Of a stretch of DNA of 14,625 nt, positions 1 to 10,263 are shown piece by piece (within the stretch, counting starts at the first letter, position 1; every line of letters begins with the position of its first letter). The position numbers and the translations under genes are program-made. The notes below the pieces were generated by a model. The model had not been told where the DNA came from. It saw only the letters and a list, made by a program, of their open reading frames with translations, and did not search any database. The DNA is from Fibrobacteria bacterium (GTDB taxonomy: Bacteria > Fibrobacterota > Fibrobacteria > UBA11236). Location of the stretch: the NCBI GenBank assembly GCA_050486505.1, contig JBJHDK010000058.1, positions 1 through 14,625 on the forward strand. The letters are read 5' to 3'.

Positions 1-2418
1 GGCCGAGACGGTGGCCGACACCCACCGGTTGTACCGGAACAGCTGCGGTGGTCCCGCCTGCTCCTGGAACTCGATCAGGTTCCCCAAGGGGATGATGTCG
101 CCGGCTTGGGTACGCACAGGGATGGAACGGATGTCGTCGGGGCGATTCCGGTAGGGGTCGTCCACGTACCCGAGCACGTCGTACTGGCGACCCTCGCGGA
201 GGAAGTATCCCAGCCGGGTTTCCCCGAGCGCGAGTTGGAGCGCCTGGCCCACTTCGATGAAGGGAACCCCCGCGGCACGCAGGCGGTCGCGATCCACGGT
301 GATCTGCAGTTCGGGACGGGTGAACCGGAGGTTCTCGTTCACCACCGTGAAGGCCGGGTCGTCTCCCGCGGCTTCAAGGAACCGGGGCAAGGCCTCCGTC
401 AGCCTCTCGAAATCGGGCGCCTGGATGATGAACTCCAGGGCCAAGGCCGACCGGCTGGCGCCCTGGATGGTTTGATCGGGGATGATCAGCACGCGGGCAT
501 CGGTGAGCTTGCGGGTTTCGCGGCCCAAATCCGCGATGATTTGCTGTTGCGAGCGCTGCCGTTCGCCCCGGTCGGAGAGAATGACGCGCATGAATCCGGA
601 GTTCGTCGCACCCGCCGCCCCGAAGCCGGGCGAGGTGACGGCGAGGTGGCTTTGCATTTCTGGCACATGTTCGCGGATCACCGTGACAAGAGTATCCATG
701 AAACGATCCATGTATTCAAAAGTCACTCCCTCGGGCCCTGCGACGCGCACCGTGAACTGGCCGCGGTCCTCCATGGGCGCGAGTTCCTTCGGCAGGCTCG
801 TGAAGAAGTACCAGCCTCCTCCGAGCGAGGCCACGAGCAACACGAGCGCGACCGGACGGACGCGCAGGAACGCGCGCAGGCTTTTCTCGTATGCCACGTG
901 CATGCGCTCGAAGAAGGGCTCGGTTCTTTCGTAGAAGCGGGAGTGCCCGGGCTTCAGGAGACGCGTGCAGAGCATTGCGGTCAAGGTGAGGGAGACGAAG
1001 GAGGAAATCACCACGGATCCCGCGATGGCCAATCCGAACTCGCGGAAAAGGCGGCCGGTGAAGCCCGGGATGAACAGCAGCGGCAGGAAGACGACGACCA
1101 AGGCGACCGTGGTCGCGATGACGGCGAAGAACACTTCCTCCACGCCCGTGTAACCCGCCTGCTTGGGGCGCTCCCCTTTCTCGATTTTCTTGTAAATGTT
1201 CTCGAGCACCACGATGGCGTCGTCCACGACCAAACCGATGGCCAGTACCCAGCCCAGCAAAGTGAGCACATTGATCGTGAAGCCTGCGAGGTAAAGCAGG
1301 AAGAGTGATCCCGTCAACGAGACGGGGATGGCGACGGCCGGAATGATGACGGTGCGCCAGTTCCGCAGGAATGCGAACAGCACCAGGATTACCAGCACAA
1401 AGGCGATGGCGATGGTCTGCCCGAGTTCAGCCAGCGACTGCCGGATGAAGCGCGTGCCGTCGAAGCCGAGGCGCAGCACCAGGTCGGGCGGGGCCTCGGC
1501 TTTGAGCCTTTCGAAGCGGTTGTAAAACTCGTTGGTGATCGCGAGGTTGTTCGCCCCCGGTTGCGCAACGAGGCCGAGGCCGATCATGGGGATTCCGTCG
1601 CGCTTGAGGATGGAGCGTTCGTTTTGGGCGCCCAGGCGCACGGCGCCCACATCCTCGAGCCTGACGAGGGCGCCATTGTCGGCGCGCAGGACGAGACGGT
1701 TGAAGTCTTCGACGGTTTGCAGGCGGCCGCTGGCCTTCACCGTGAGTTCGGTATTCTCTCCCTCGATGCGTCCCGACGGCAATTCGGTGTTTTCCTCCGA
1801 GAGAACCCGGCGCACGTCGGCCAACGTCAGCCCGCGCGCGGCGAGACGCTCCGGGTCGAACTGCAGGCGCATCGCATAGCGCTTTTCACCCCAGACGCGC
1901 ACCTCGGCAACACCCGGGATCGTCTGCAACTGCTCCTTGATGCGTTCCCCCGCGGCGCTGACGTCGAGGATGTTGCGGCTGTCGCTCTGCACCGTCATCA
2001 CGAGAATGGGGAAGGAGTTCGCGTCGGCCTTGGTCACAGTGGGTGGATCCGCGTCGGCGGGGAGGCGGCGGATTACGCGAGAGACGCGGTCACGCACGTC
2101 GTTGGCGGCCGCTTCCATGTCCTGGCCCAGGTAGAACTCCACGTTGACGGTGCTCTGGCCCTCGCGGCTGACCGAGGTGATGGTCCTGATTCCTTCGACG
2201 CCGTTGACCGACTCCTCGATGGGCTCGGTGATCTGGGACTCGATGACCTCGGCATCCGCGCCCGCGTACGTGGTGGTCACCGAGATGCGTGGAGGATCGA
2301 CGGCGGGGAATTCGCGGACGCCAAGGAAGGGGAGGGCCATCACGCCCAGCACCACGATGAAGATGGACAGGACCGTGGTGAGGACGGGGCGGTTGATGCT
2401 GACGTGGGAGAGCTTCAT
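1..2418 (-). CDS. RND efflux transporter permease, AcrB/AcrD/AcrF (HAE1) family; runs off the left edge (3' part missing)
   Basis: Absent from the ORF track because there is no stop in the window. Manual translation from the ATG at 2418-2416 gives MKLSHVSINRPVLTTVLSIFIVVLGVMA...VREFPAVDPP...YAGADAEVIESQITEPIEE...AIGLVVDDAIVVLENI (TM4 Asp-Asp proton relay)...GRLFREFG...SLTLT...EDRG, open for 806 codons to position 1. It starts 6 bp after the adaptor stop. Confidence 0.95.
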   Translation of the reverse strand, partial: MKLSHVSINRPVLTTVLSIFIVVLGVMALPFLGVREFPAVDPPRISVTTTYAGADAEVIESQITEPIEESVNGVEGIRTITSVSREGQSTVNVEFYLGQDMEAAANDVRDRVSRVIRRLPADADPPTVTKADANSFPILVMTVQSDSRNILDVSAAGERIKEQLQTIPGVAEVRVWGEKRYAMRLQFDPERLAARGLTLADVRRVLSEENTELPSGRIEGENTELTVKASGRLQTVEDFNRLVLRADNGALVRLEDVGAVRLGAQNERSILKRDGIPMIGLGLVAQPGANNLAITNEFYNRFERLKAEAPPDLVLRLGFDGTRFIRQSLAELGQTIAIAFVLVILVLFAFLRNWRTVIIPAVAIPVSLTGSLFLLYLAGFTINVLTLLGWVLAIGLVVDDAIVVLENIYKKIEKGERPKQAGYTGVEEVFFAVIATTVALVVVFLPLLFIPGFTGRLFREFGLAIAGSVVISSFVSLTLTAMLCTRLLKPGHSRFYERTEPFFERMHVAYEKSLRAFLRVRPVALVLLVASLGGGWYFFTSLPKELAPMEDRGQFTVRVAGPEGVTFEYMDRFMDTLVTVIREHVPEMQSHLAVTSPGFGAAGATNSGFMRVILSDRGERQRSQQQIIADLGRETRKLTDARVLIIPDQTIQGASRSALALEFIIQAPDFERLTEALPRFLEAAGDDPAFTVVNENLRFTRPELQITVDRDRLRAAGVPFIEVGQALQLALGETRLGYFLREGRQYDVLGYVDDPYRNRPDDIRSIPVRTQAGDIIPLGNLIEFQEQAGPPQLFRYNRWVSATVSA

Positions 2419-2424
2419 GACCGT

Positions 2425-3495
2425 CTAGTCCCTGTCCACGACGGGGAGGGCGGGCGCGCCGTCACGCAGCTGCATCAGCCCCGACGTGAACACCGTGTCG
2501 CCCGGCGAAAGTCCTTCGGCCGCTTCCACGGAAGAGGGAGAACGTAGTCCCGGAGTGAAGGGCACGAGCCTGGCGCGGCCTTCGCGGGCCACCCAGACCT
2601 GGGATCCGCGCGCGCCCTGCACCACGGCCTCGGTGGGGATCCACAGGGCGGAATCCGCGCGCATCGGGATGATCACGCGGGCGAATGCCCCGGGAAGCAC
2701 ATCGCCCCGTCCGCCTGCGCCGGCGGGGTTGGCCCCCCGGGCCCGCACCCGAAGCATGCGCGTCGACGGGTCGATGCGCGACTCCACCGCGAACACCTTC
2801 GCGTCCAGGGTGTCGCGCGCGCCGGTCGCGAGGTAGCGCACCGTCATTCCCGCACGGAGTGCCCCGACCTCGCGTTCGGGAACGGAGAACTCGACGCGCA
2901 GCGAATCCATGTTCTGCAGCGTGGTCACCCGTGTCCCGGGCTGAACCACCGATCCCAGTTCGATCTCCCTTAATCCAGCGATTCCACCGAACGGTGCCCG
3001 GATCCGGGTCTTTTCCCATTGGGCCAGCGCAAGTGCCGCTTCGGCCTCGGCGCTTTTCCATTGTGCCTGGGATTGCTCGAATTCGTGCTGGCTGATGGCG
3101 CGCGCCTCGTAATCGCGTCGCAGGCGGTTGGCCCGGCTTTCGGCCAGCATGCGGTTCGCCTCGGCGCGATCGGCCTGCGCCTTCAGTTCGGCTCCGTCGA
3201 GTTCGACCAGCAACTGGCCCGCCGCCACGGCGGATCCCTCCCTGAAGTTGATGCGGGTGACGCGCCCCGCGATTTCGACCTGAACGTCGATCTGCTGTTC
3301 CGCAAGAACGGTTCCCGTGGCCGTGACGCCGAATGCAGCGGGCTCCGGCTGCAGCACGACGGCGCTCAGGCGCTGCGGCGGGGGGGAGGATCCTGCTTCC
3401 CGGCTGCCGCCGCCTCCACAGGCAGTGAGTAGAAACAGGCTGCCGATGGCGAAAGCCGCGGCGATCGCGGTGGAGCGGGGCGATGTTGTGTTCAT
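2425..3495 (-). CDS. RND efflux periplasmic adaptor (membrane fusion protein), lipoprotein
   Basis: Part of ORF 2425..3525. The ATG at 3495 gives signal peptide MNTTSPRSTAIAAAFAIGSLFLLTAC with a lipobox. It has lipoyl half-motifs GRVTRINFREGSAVAAGQLLVELD and TRIRAPFGG, a coiled-coil hairpin, and RIDPSTR / PGAFARV. Directly upstream of the RND permease. Confidence 0.93.
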   Translation of the reverse strand: MNTTSPRSTAIAAAFAIGSLFLLTACGGGGSREAGSSPPPQRLSAVVLQPEPAAFGVTATGTVLAEQQIDVQVEIAGRVTRINFREGSAVAAGQLLVELDGAELKAQADRAEANRMLAESRANRLRRDYEARAISQHEFEQSQAQWKSAEAEAALALAQWEKTRIRAPFGGIAGLREIELGSVVQPGTRVTTLQNMDSLRVEFSVPEREVGALRAGMTVRYLATGARDTLDAKVFAVESRIDPSTRMLRVRARGANPAGAGGRGDVLPGAFARVIIPMRADSALWIPTEAVVQGARGSQVWVAREGRARLVPFTPGLRSPSSVEAAEGLSPGDTVFTSGLMQLRDGAPALPVVDRD

Positions 3496-3577
3496 GAAGA
3501 CCGGTGAAAAAAGGTGTGGAAACAACCGATTCGATCGAAGAGCAAACCTATAAAATTGGCGTTTCCGGGCCCTGTGG

Positions 3578-3594
3578 GGTTACACGGTGTTACC
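3578..3594. promoter_or_regulatory. Candidate operator upstream of the efflux operon
   Basis: GGTTACAC-G-GTGTTACC is a 1-mismatch palindrome and also reads GTAAC-N5-GTAAC on the minus strand. It lies about 30 bp upstream of a possible -10 hexamer TAGGTT (3550-3545, minus). Confidence 0.3.
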
Positions 3595-3643
3595 GCGAAA
3601 AGGATGTTTCGGAGACAAGGAGCGGATTGGGGAGGGAAGTGGG

Positions 3644-3678
3644 CAGTGAGTAGTGAGCAGTGAGCAGTGAACAGTGAA
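3644..3678. repeat. Heptamer tandem repeat (YAGTGAR) x5
   Basis: CAGTGAG TAGTGAG CAGTGAG CAGTGAA CAGTGAA, preceded by a degenerate AAGTGGG (3637-3643), in a purine-rich intergenic region. Confidence 0.9.
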
Positions 3679-3757
3679 CAAAACAAGGATGAGGTGATGG
3701 CAGGGGGTGATGGGGGTGCGCTGCGGGGAGAACGCGGTGGAGGGGGCGACGGCGGGA

Positions 3758-4129
3758 TCAGCGGAAACGTGTGCGGGCCAACTCCTCCGCGGCGCGGGGG
3801 ATGCCGCGGGTGAGGTCGCGGTCGCGGCACCGCGTGCCGTCGCACAGGGTCATGCGCGTCAGCCTACCCTGTGCGTCCCATGCAAATGCGTACCCCGAGG
3901 GCCGACCATGGGCGAAGTGTTCGAGCGAACGTCGCGTTCCGGAGGAATGCCAGCTGGACTGAGCGCCGTGGAGGATCCGCGTTCCGTTTTCAAGGACGCG
4001 ATACTCGCGCTCGAATGCGGGTGATCCGTCGGGATGCAGGACGGTTTCGCGCTCGATTCCGGGATCGCAGGCAGCGATCACCATTGCGGCCGCGAGGATT
4101 CCGCTTCGCGTCATGTGCATCTTGAGCAT
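3758..4129 (-). CDS. Small lipoprotein with MORN-variant/YwqK-like beta-hairpin repeats
   Basis: Signal peptide ending ILAAAMVIAAC, then repeats HPDGS, HGAQSSWHSSG and GRPSGYAFAWDAQG typical of MORN-variant proteins. The start is uncertain (ATG at 4129, 4120 or 4114). Confidence 0.7.
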   Translation of the reverse strand: MLKMHMTRSGILAAAMVIAACDPGIERETVLHPDGSPAFEREYRVLENGTRILHGAQSSWHSSGTRRSLEHFAHGRPSGYAFAWDAQGRLTRMTLCDGTRCRDRDLTRGIPRAAEELARTRFR

Positions 4130-4232
4130 CACCGCAAAAGAAAACAGGAGCGTGTTTCCGCAGAATTACACGTCGATTACGGGGAACCGGGCCGCCTGTC
4201 TCCGCGTCGATGTTTCGGCATACCCCCTTTTC

Positions 4233-4238
4233 TACCAT
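4233..4238 (+). promoter_or_regulatory. Putative -10 hexamer TACCAT of a leaderless helicase transcript
   Basis: TANNNT located 7 nt before the in-frame GTG at 4246, with no Shine-Dalgarno. Same geometry as at 11314-11319. Confidence 0.45.
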
Positions 4239-4245
4239 TCCCGGC

Positions 4246-6519
<2,274 letters not shown>

Positions 6520-6620
6520 CCTTTGTACGCGGGCGCCCGTGTCGCGCGGCTTGGCGCACCACGGCGCCACCTTCCGGGGAATCAAACAGAAACGGCCCCG
6601 AACCCGCCAACGGATTGCCG

Positions 6621-6650
6621 ACGGGGGATCCCCTCCCCGTTTATTATCTT
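6621..6650 (+). terminator. Possible intrinsic terminator after uvrD, overlapping a candidate -10 region for gatC
   Basis: Stem ACGGGG (6621-6626)/CCCCGT (6635-6640) followed by TTATTATCTT. The tail is imperfect and also contains TANNNT hexamers. Confidence 0.3.
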
Positions 6651-6741
6651 CCTCCTCCGGGCAATCGGAACGCCTCCCGCCCGGAAATCCTGAGACATTT
6701 CCCGGCTCCCCGCGTTCCCGTCGATCCACGGAGGCCGTGCC

Positions 6742-7032
6742 ATGCATGTCGAAAAACAGGAAATCTTGAAACTCGCGAAGCTGGCCCGCCTGGAGTTCAC
6801 CGACGCCGAAATCGAGAAATTGGGGGACTCGCTTGGAAGCCTCGTCGAGTACCTCGACATGCTCAAGCAGCTCAAGCTCGACGACGTCGAACCCATGACG
6901 GCCGTCGACGACTCGCCCCGCACCCTTCGTCCCGACGTCGAGGCGGGGATGCTGCCCAAGGACAAGGCGTTGGCCAACGCGCCCGAGGTCAATCTCGAAC
7001 ACTTTTCCATCCCCAAGGTCATCGGGGGGTGA
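6742..7032 (+). CDS. gatC: Asp-tRNA(Asn)/Glu-tRNA(Gln) amidotransferase subunit C
   Basis: 96 aa with KLAKLARLEF...DVEPM...LRPD...ALANAP...FSIPKVI; Shine-Dalgarno GGAGG at 6730-6734. Confidence 0.93.
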   Translation: MHVEKQEILKLAKLARLEFTDAEIEKLGDSLGSLVEYLDMLKQLKLDDVEPMTAVDDSPRTLRPDVEAGMLPKDKALANAPEVNLEHFSIPKVIGG

Positions 7033-7036
7033 TGCC

Positions 7037-7840
7037 GTGCAGGCCCGTGTGACGTGCGTGGTTCCTGCCCGCCTTGGCTCGACCCGTTTTTTCGGGAAGC
7101 TGCTGCAGCCCCTGGCCGGCAAGCCGGTCGTCGTCCACTCCCTCGACCGCGCTGCGGGGGCCGGGTGCTTCGACTTCATCGTTTGTCTCACCGACTCCCC
7201 TGAAATCAGCGCGGTCGTGGCCGAACACGGGTATTCCTTTCTCCTCACGGGCGAGGCGGCCAACGGCACCGAGCGCATCGCCCGCAGCCTCGATCAGCTC
7301 GAGGACGACTTGTTCGTGAACCTGCAGGGAGACGAACCGGCATTCCCCGAGGAAGGCCTGCGGACGCTGCGCGACGCGATCCACCGCAACCCCGAATGGG
7401 TGCATACCCTGGTGCACGGGGAGGAGCCGTCTCCGGAGGAGATCGGCAACCCGAACAGGGTCAAGGCGGTGGTGGATGCGGACGGGTTTGTGACGGGGCT
7501 GGTGCGGCGTAAGGGCGACCCGCAGGTCGCCCTTACAGGGAGTCCCCATCACAAACCCGGCCCATCATACCGCCTCCAGCTGGGCGCCTACGCCTACTCC
7601 CGCGCATACCTGCGGCGATATGCCGCCCTGCCGCCGTCGACGGCGGAAATCGAAATGTCCCACGAAATGCTGCGCGCGCCGGAGCTGGCTCCATTGCGCG
7701 CGCACCCCGCGCGGCCCGGCGCCTCCGTGGATGTCCCCGCCGACCTGGATGCGGCCCTCGCCGCGCTGCGCGCCCTGAACACCGAAACGACGACAGAGCA
7801 CCCCCGAACGCAGGAACGCCTGCAAGGAACACCCGCATGA
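7037..7840 (+). CDS. kdsB: 3-deoxy-manno-octulosonate cytidylyltransferase (CMP-Kdo synthetase) family, divergent
   Basis: VPARLGSTRF.GK, NGTER, NLQGDEP, NPNRVKAVVD, LGAYAY, SVDVPADL. GTG start; the stop overlaps the pyrG start (ATGA, 7837-7840). Confidence 0.85.
   Translation: MQARVTCVVPARLGSTRFFGKLLQPLAGKPVVVHSLDRAAGAGCFDFIVCLTDSPEISAVVAEHGYSFLLTGEAANGTERIARSLDQLEDDLFVNLQGDEPAFPEEGLRTLRDAIHRNPEWVHTLVHGEEPSPEEIGNPNRVKAVVDADGFVTGLVRRKGDPQVALTGSPHHKPGPSYRLQLGAYAYSRAYLRRYAALPPSTAEIEMSHEMLRAPELAPLRAHPARPGASVDVPADLDAALAALRALNTETTTEHPRTQERLQGTPA
7509..7536. repeat. 28-bp perfect REP-like palindrome inside kdsB
   Basis: GTAAGGGCGACC-CGCA-GGTCGCCCTTAC: 12-bp perfect stem with a 4-nt loop, translated as RKGDPQVALT. 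Confidence 0.85.
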
Positions 7841-9474
7841 AAATCCGTCCTCCCTCCGGCTGCAAATACATCGTGGTGACAGGCGGCGTTCTGTCGGGCC
7901 TGGGCAAGGGGATCGCGGCGGCATCCATCGGCAATCTGCTCTCGGGTCGCCTCAAGGTCGTTCCGGTCAAGTGCGACGGCTATCTCAACACCGACCCCGG
8001 CACGATGAACCCCGTGGAACACGGGGAAGTGTTCGTGCTCGACGACGGCGGCGAGGTCGACATGGACTTCGGCCACTACGAGCGCTTCATGAACGTGCAG
8101 GGCAAGTTCCACTGGAACCTGACCATGGGCAAGGTGTTCAAGAGCATTCTCGAGAAGGAACGGCGCGGCGATTATCTCGGGAAGACCGTGCAGTTCCTGC
8201 CGCACGTGACCGACCGCATCAAGGAATGGTTCCACACGATCGCGCGCGAAGAGTCCGCCGACGTGTTGCTGATCGAGGTGGGGGGGACCGTGGGCGACCT
8301 CGAGAACCAGTTCTATCTCGAGGCAATCCGCCAGCTCAAGCGCGACGTGGGCGACGATAACATCATCTACATCCACCTGACCTACGTGCCGGTGCCCGAG
8401 GGCGTGAACGAGCAGAAGAGTAAGCCGACGCAGATGTCGGTACGCCTTCTCAACGAGAAGGGGATCGAGCCCGACGTGATCATCGGACGTTGCCCCGAAT
8501 TTCTGACGCCGGCCATCAAGGAGAAGATCGGCTCGTATTGCAACATCCCGGCAACGCATGTGATCTCCGGACCCGACGTGAAGTCGGTGTACGAGATTCC
8601 GCTGATTTACGAGAAGGAGGGGCTTCCTGCGATTCTCCACTCCGCCTTGGGGATTTACTCCCCGCCCGACCTGCGCCAGTGGGAAACGTGGGTCAACAAC
8701 ATCAAGAAAAACAAGACGAACCCCGAGCGCACGGTAACCATCGCCCTGTGCGGCAAATACACCGCGCTCGAGGATTCCTACGCCTCGGTGGTGGAAGCCT
8801 TGATTCACGCGGGCGCGCACCACGACGTGCGCGTCGACTTCAAGTGGGTCGACACCTCGAAGGTCGCGAGCGACGCCGATGCGCGCGCGGCCTTGGCGGG
8901 TGCCCAAGGGGTGATCGTGCCGGGAGGCTTCGGGCAACGCGGCATCGAGGGCAAGATGCACGTGATCCGCCACGCGCGAGAGAACAACCTTCCCTACCTC
9001 GGCATTTGTTACGGCATGCAGCTGGCGGTGGTGGAGTTCGCGCGCAACGTGTGCGGCCTGCAGGGCGCCAACACCGCCGAGGTGCGCGAGGAGGGCGTCG
9101 TCGTGGAGCATCCGGTGATCGACATTCTTCCGGGACAGAAGAATGTTTCGGACAAGGGCGGCACCATGCGCCTGGGCGGTCACGACGTGGAGCTCAAGCC
9201 CGGGAGCCGCGCGAGCGCGGTGTACGGCGGGGAGACCCGCATCCGCGAGCGTTTCCGCCATCGTTACGAGGTCAACCCCGCGTACGTCGAGGCGCTGGAG
9301 GCCAAGGGGCTCGTGTTCTCGGGCAAGCACCCCGAGGACAACATCATGCAGGTGATGGAGCTCCCGGGTCACAGATTCTTTCTGGGATGCCAGTTTCATC
9401 CCGAGCTGACCAGTAATTTGCGCTATCCGGCCCCGCTGTTCTATAAACTGCTCGAAGCGGCGCTGGAGGCTTGA
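7837..9474 (+). CDS. pyrG: CTP synthase (glutamine-hydrolysing)
   Basis: VTGGVLSGLGKG, DPGTMNPVEHGEVFV, GKTVQFLPHVT, EVGGTVGD, EQKSKPTQ, VPGGFG, GICYGMQ (catalytic Cys), GGTMRLG, ERFRHRYEVN, QFHPE. Confidence 0.97.
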   Translation: MKIRPPSGCKYIVVTGGVLSGLGKGIAAASIGNLLSGRLKVVPVKCDGYLNTDPGTMNPVEHGEVFVLDDGGEVDMDFGHYERFMNVQGKFHWNLTMGKVFKSILEKERRGDYLGKTVQFLPHVTDRIKEWFHTIAREESADVLLIEVGGTVGDLENQFYLEAIRQLKRDVGDDNIIYIHLTYVPVPEGVNEQKSKPTQMSVRLLNEKGIEPDVIIGRCPEFLTPAIKEKIGSYCNIPATHVISGPDVKSVYEIPLIYEKEGLPAILHSALGIYSPPDLRQWETWVNNIKKNKTNPERTVTIALCGKYTALEDSYASVVEALIHAGAHHDVRVDFKWVDTSKVASDADARAALAGAQGVIVPGGFGQRGIEGKMHVIRHARENNLPYLGICYGMQLAVVEFARNVCGLQGANTAEVREEGVVVEHPVIDILPGQKNVSDKGGTMRLGGHDVELKPGSRASAVYGGETRIRERFRHRYEVNPAYVEALEAKGLVFSGKHPEDNIMQVMELPGHRFFLGCQFHPELTSNLRYPAPLFYKLLEAALEA

Positions 9475-9511
9475 CCCCGGGATAATGGCGGGGCTGCAGG
9501 GGCTGACCCCG
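9462..9511 (+). repeat. Degenerate direct pair of short GG(G/A)GGC(T)TGACCCC units at the end of pyrG
   Basis: GCTGGAGGCTTGACCCCG (9462-9479, containing the pyrG TGA) and GCTGCAGGGGCTGACCCCG (9493-9511). Confidence 0.4.
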
Positions 9512-9617
9512 CTCAAAATTCATGAAAATCCCGTTTTCGCACAGGTTGTCGGGAATCGCATGCGCCGTCGGGGATTCCGGGGTACATTAGGGGCCTGTTT
9601 TTTCCCGGGAGAGACGC

Positions 9618-10238
9618 ATGAAACACTTCTTTGCCGTCGCCGCCGTCGCGGGCTTGCTGACTGCGTGCCTTGACGTCAGCGACCCGATCACGCCCGACCT
9701 CAGCGGGCTTCCCGAAGGGATCGAGGAGCAAGAGTTCGAGGCTCCGTCGGAAGAGGCGGTCGAGGTTCTGGAAACCGTCTACCACCAAGTCGCCGCGCTG
9801 GTTTTCACGTCGCCGTTCCTCGAAGAGTTCATTCCCGAGGATTTCGTTCTCGATTCCCTGGATATCACGACATTCACACAACAGCTTTCCGACGCCTGCG
9901 CCGACCAGATCCAGAACCCGCCGTCTTCGGTTTCGGTGCCGCCGGTGGTGCTCGGGCTGGCCATGGGGCTTGCGGAGCAGGTGCAGGCCAAGGTGGTGTC
10001 GAGTCCGGTTTCATTGCTGCAATTGGTGACCGAGCTGATGGCCATCTACGATGACAACATCGTTGCCGTGAAGGCCAATCTGCCGCAACCCTGCCATCTC
10101 CTGATGGTGGCCACGGGTGGCTACGAATACCTTCCCGACACGAGCCGGGCCTTCGTGACCCAGCTGCTCGACGTGGCGCTCGCGGGCAACCTGATCAACG
10201 CCGAGCAGCATGAACTGGCGCTGCTGCTGCTTCCATAA
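9618..10238 (+). CDS. Hypothetical lipoprotein (acidic, probably helical)
   Basis: MKHFFAVAAVAGLLTAC signal peptide with lipobox, GGGAGAG Shine-Dalgarno-like sequence before the ATG, coding-like GC3 bias, and a downstream terminator. No family recognised. Confidence 0.8.
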   Translation: MKHFFAVAAVAGLLTACLDVSDPITPDLSGLPEGIEEQEFEAPSEEAVEVLETVYHQVAALVFTSPFLEEFIPEDFVLDSLDITTFTQQLSDACADQIQNPPSSVSVPPVVLGLAMGLAEQVQAKVVSSPVSLLQLVTELMAIYDDNIVAVKANLPQPCHLLMVATGGYEYLPDTSRAFVTQLLDVALAGNLINAEQHELALLLLP

Positions 10239-10263
10239 CCGAACGCGAAACCTCCCGCCATTC

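Noticed and set aside
106..2547. 400-aa and 328-aa plus-strand ORFs
   Set aside because: Antisense to the RND permease, which has clear family motifs.
1..3495. Missing TolC-type outer membrane gene for the RND pump
   Set aside because: The operon runs off the window edge, so absence cannot be judged.
3492..3845. 117-aa minus-strand ORF across the heptamer tract
   Set aside because: Low-complexity translation of the repeat and G-rich DNA, overlapping the better-supported lipoprotein gene.
6615..6647. TTGCCG...TATTAT as a sigma70 promoter for gatC
   Set aside because: The 21-bp spacer is too long for a canonical -35/-10 pair.
7594..9516. 640-aa minus-strand ORF
   Set aside because: Antisense shadow of pyrG.
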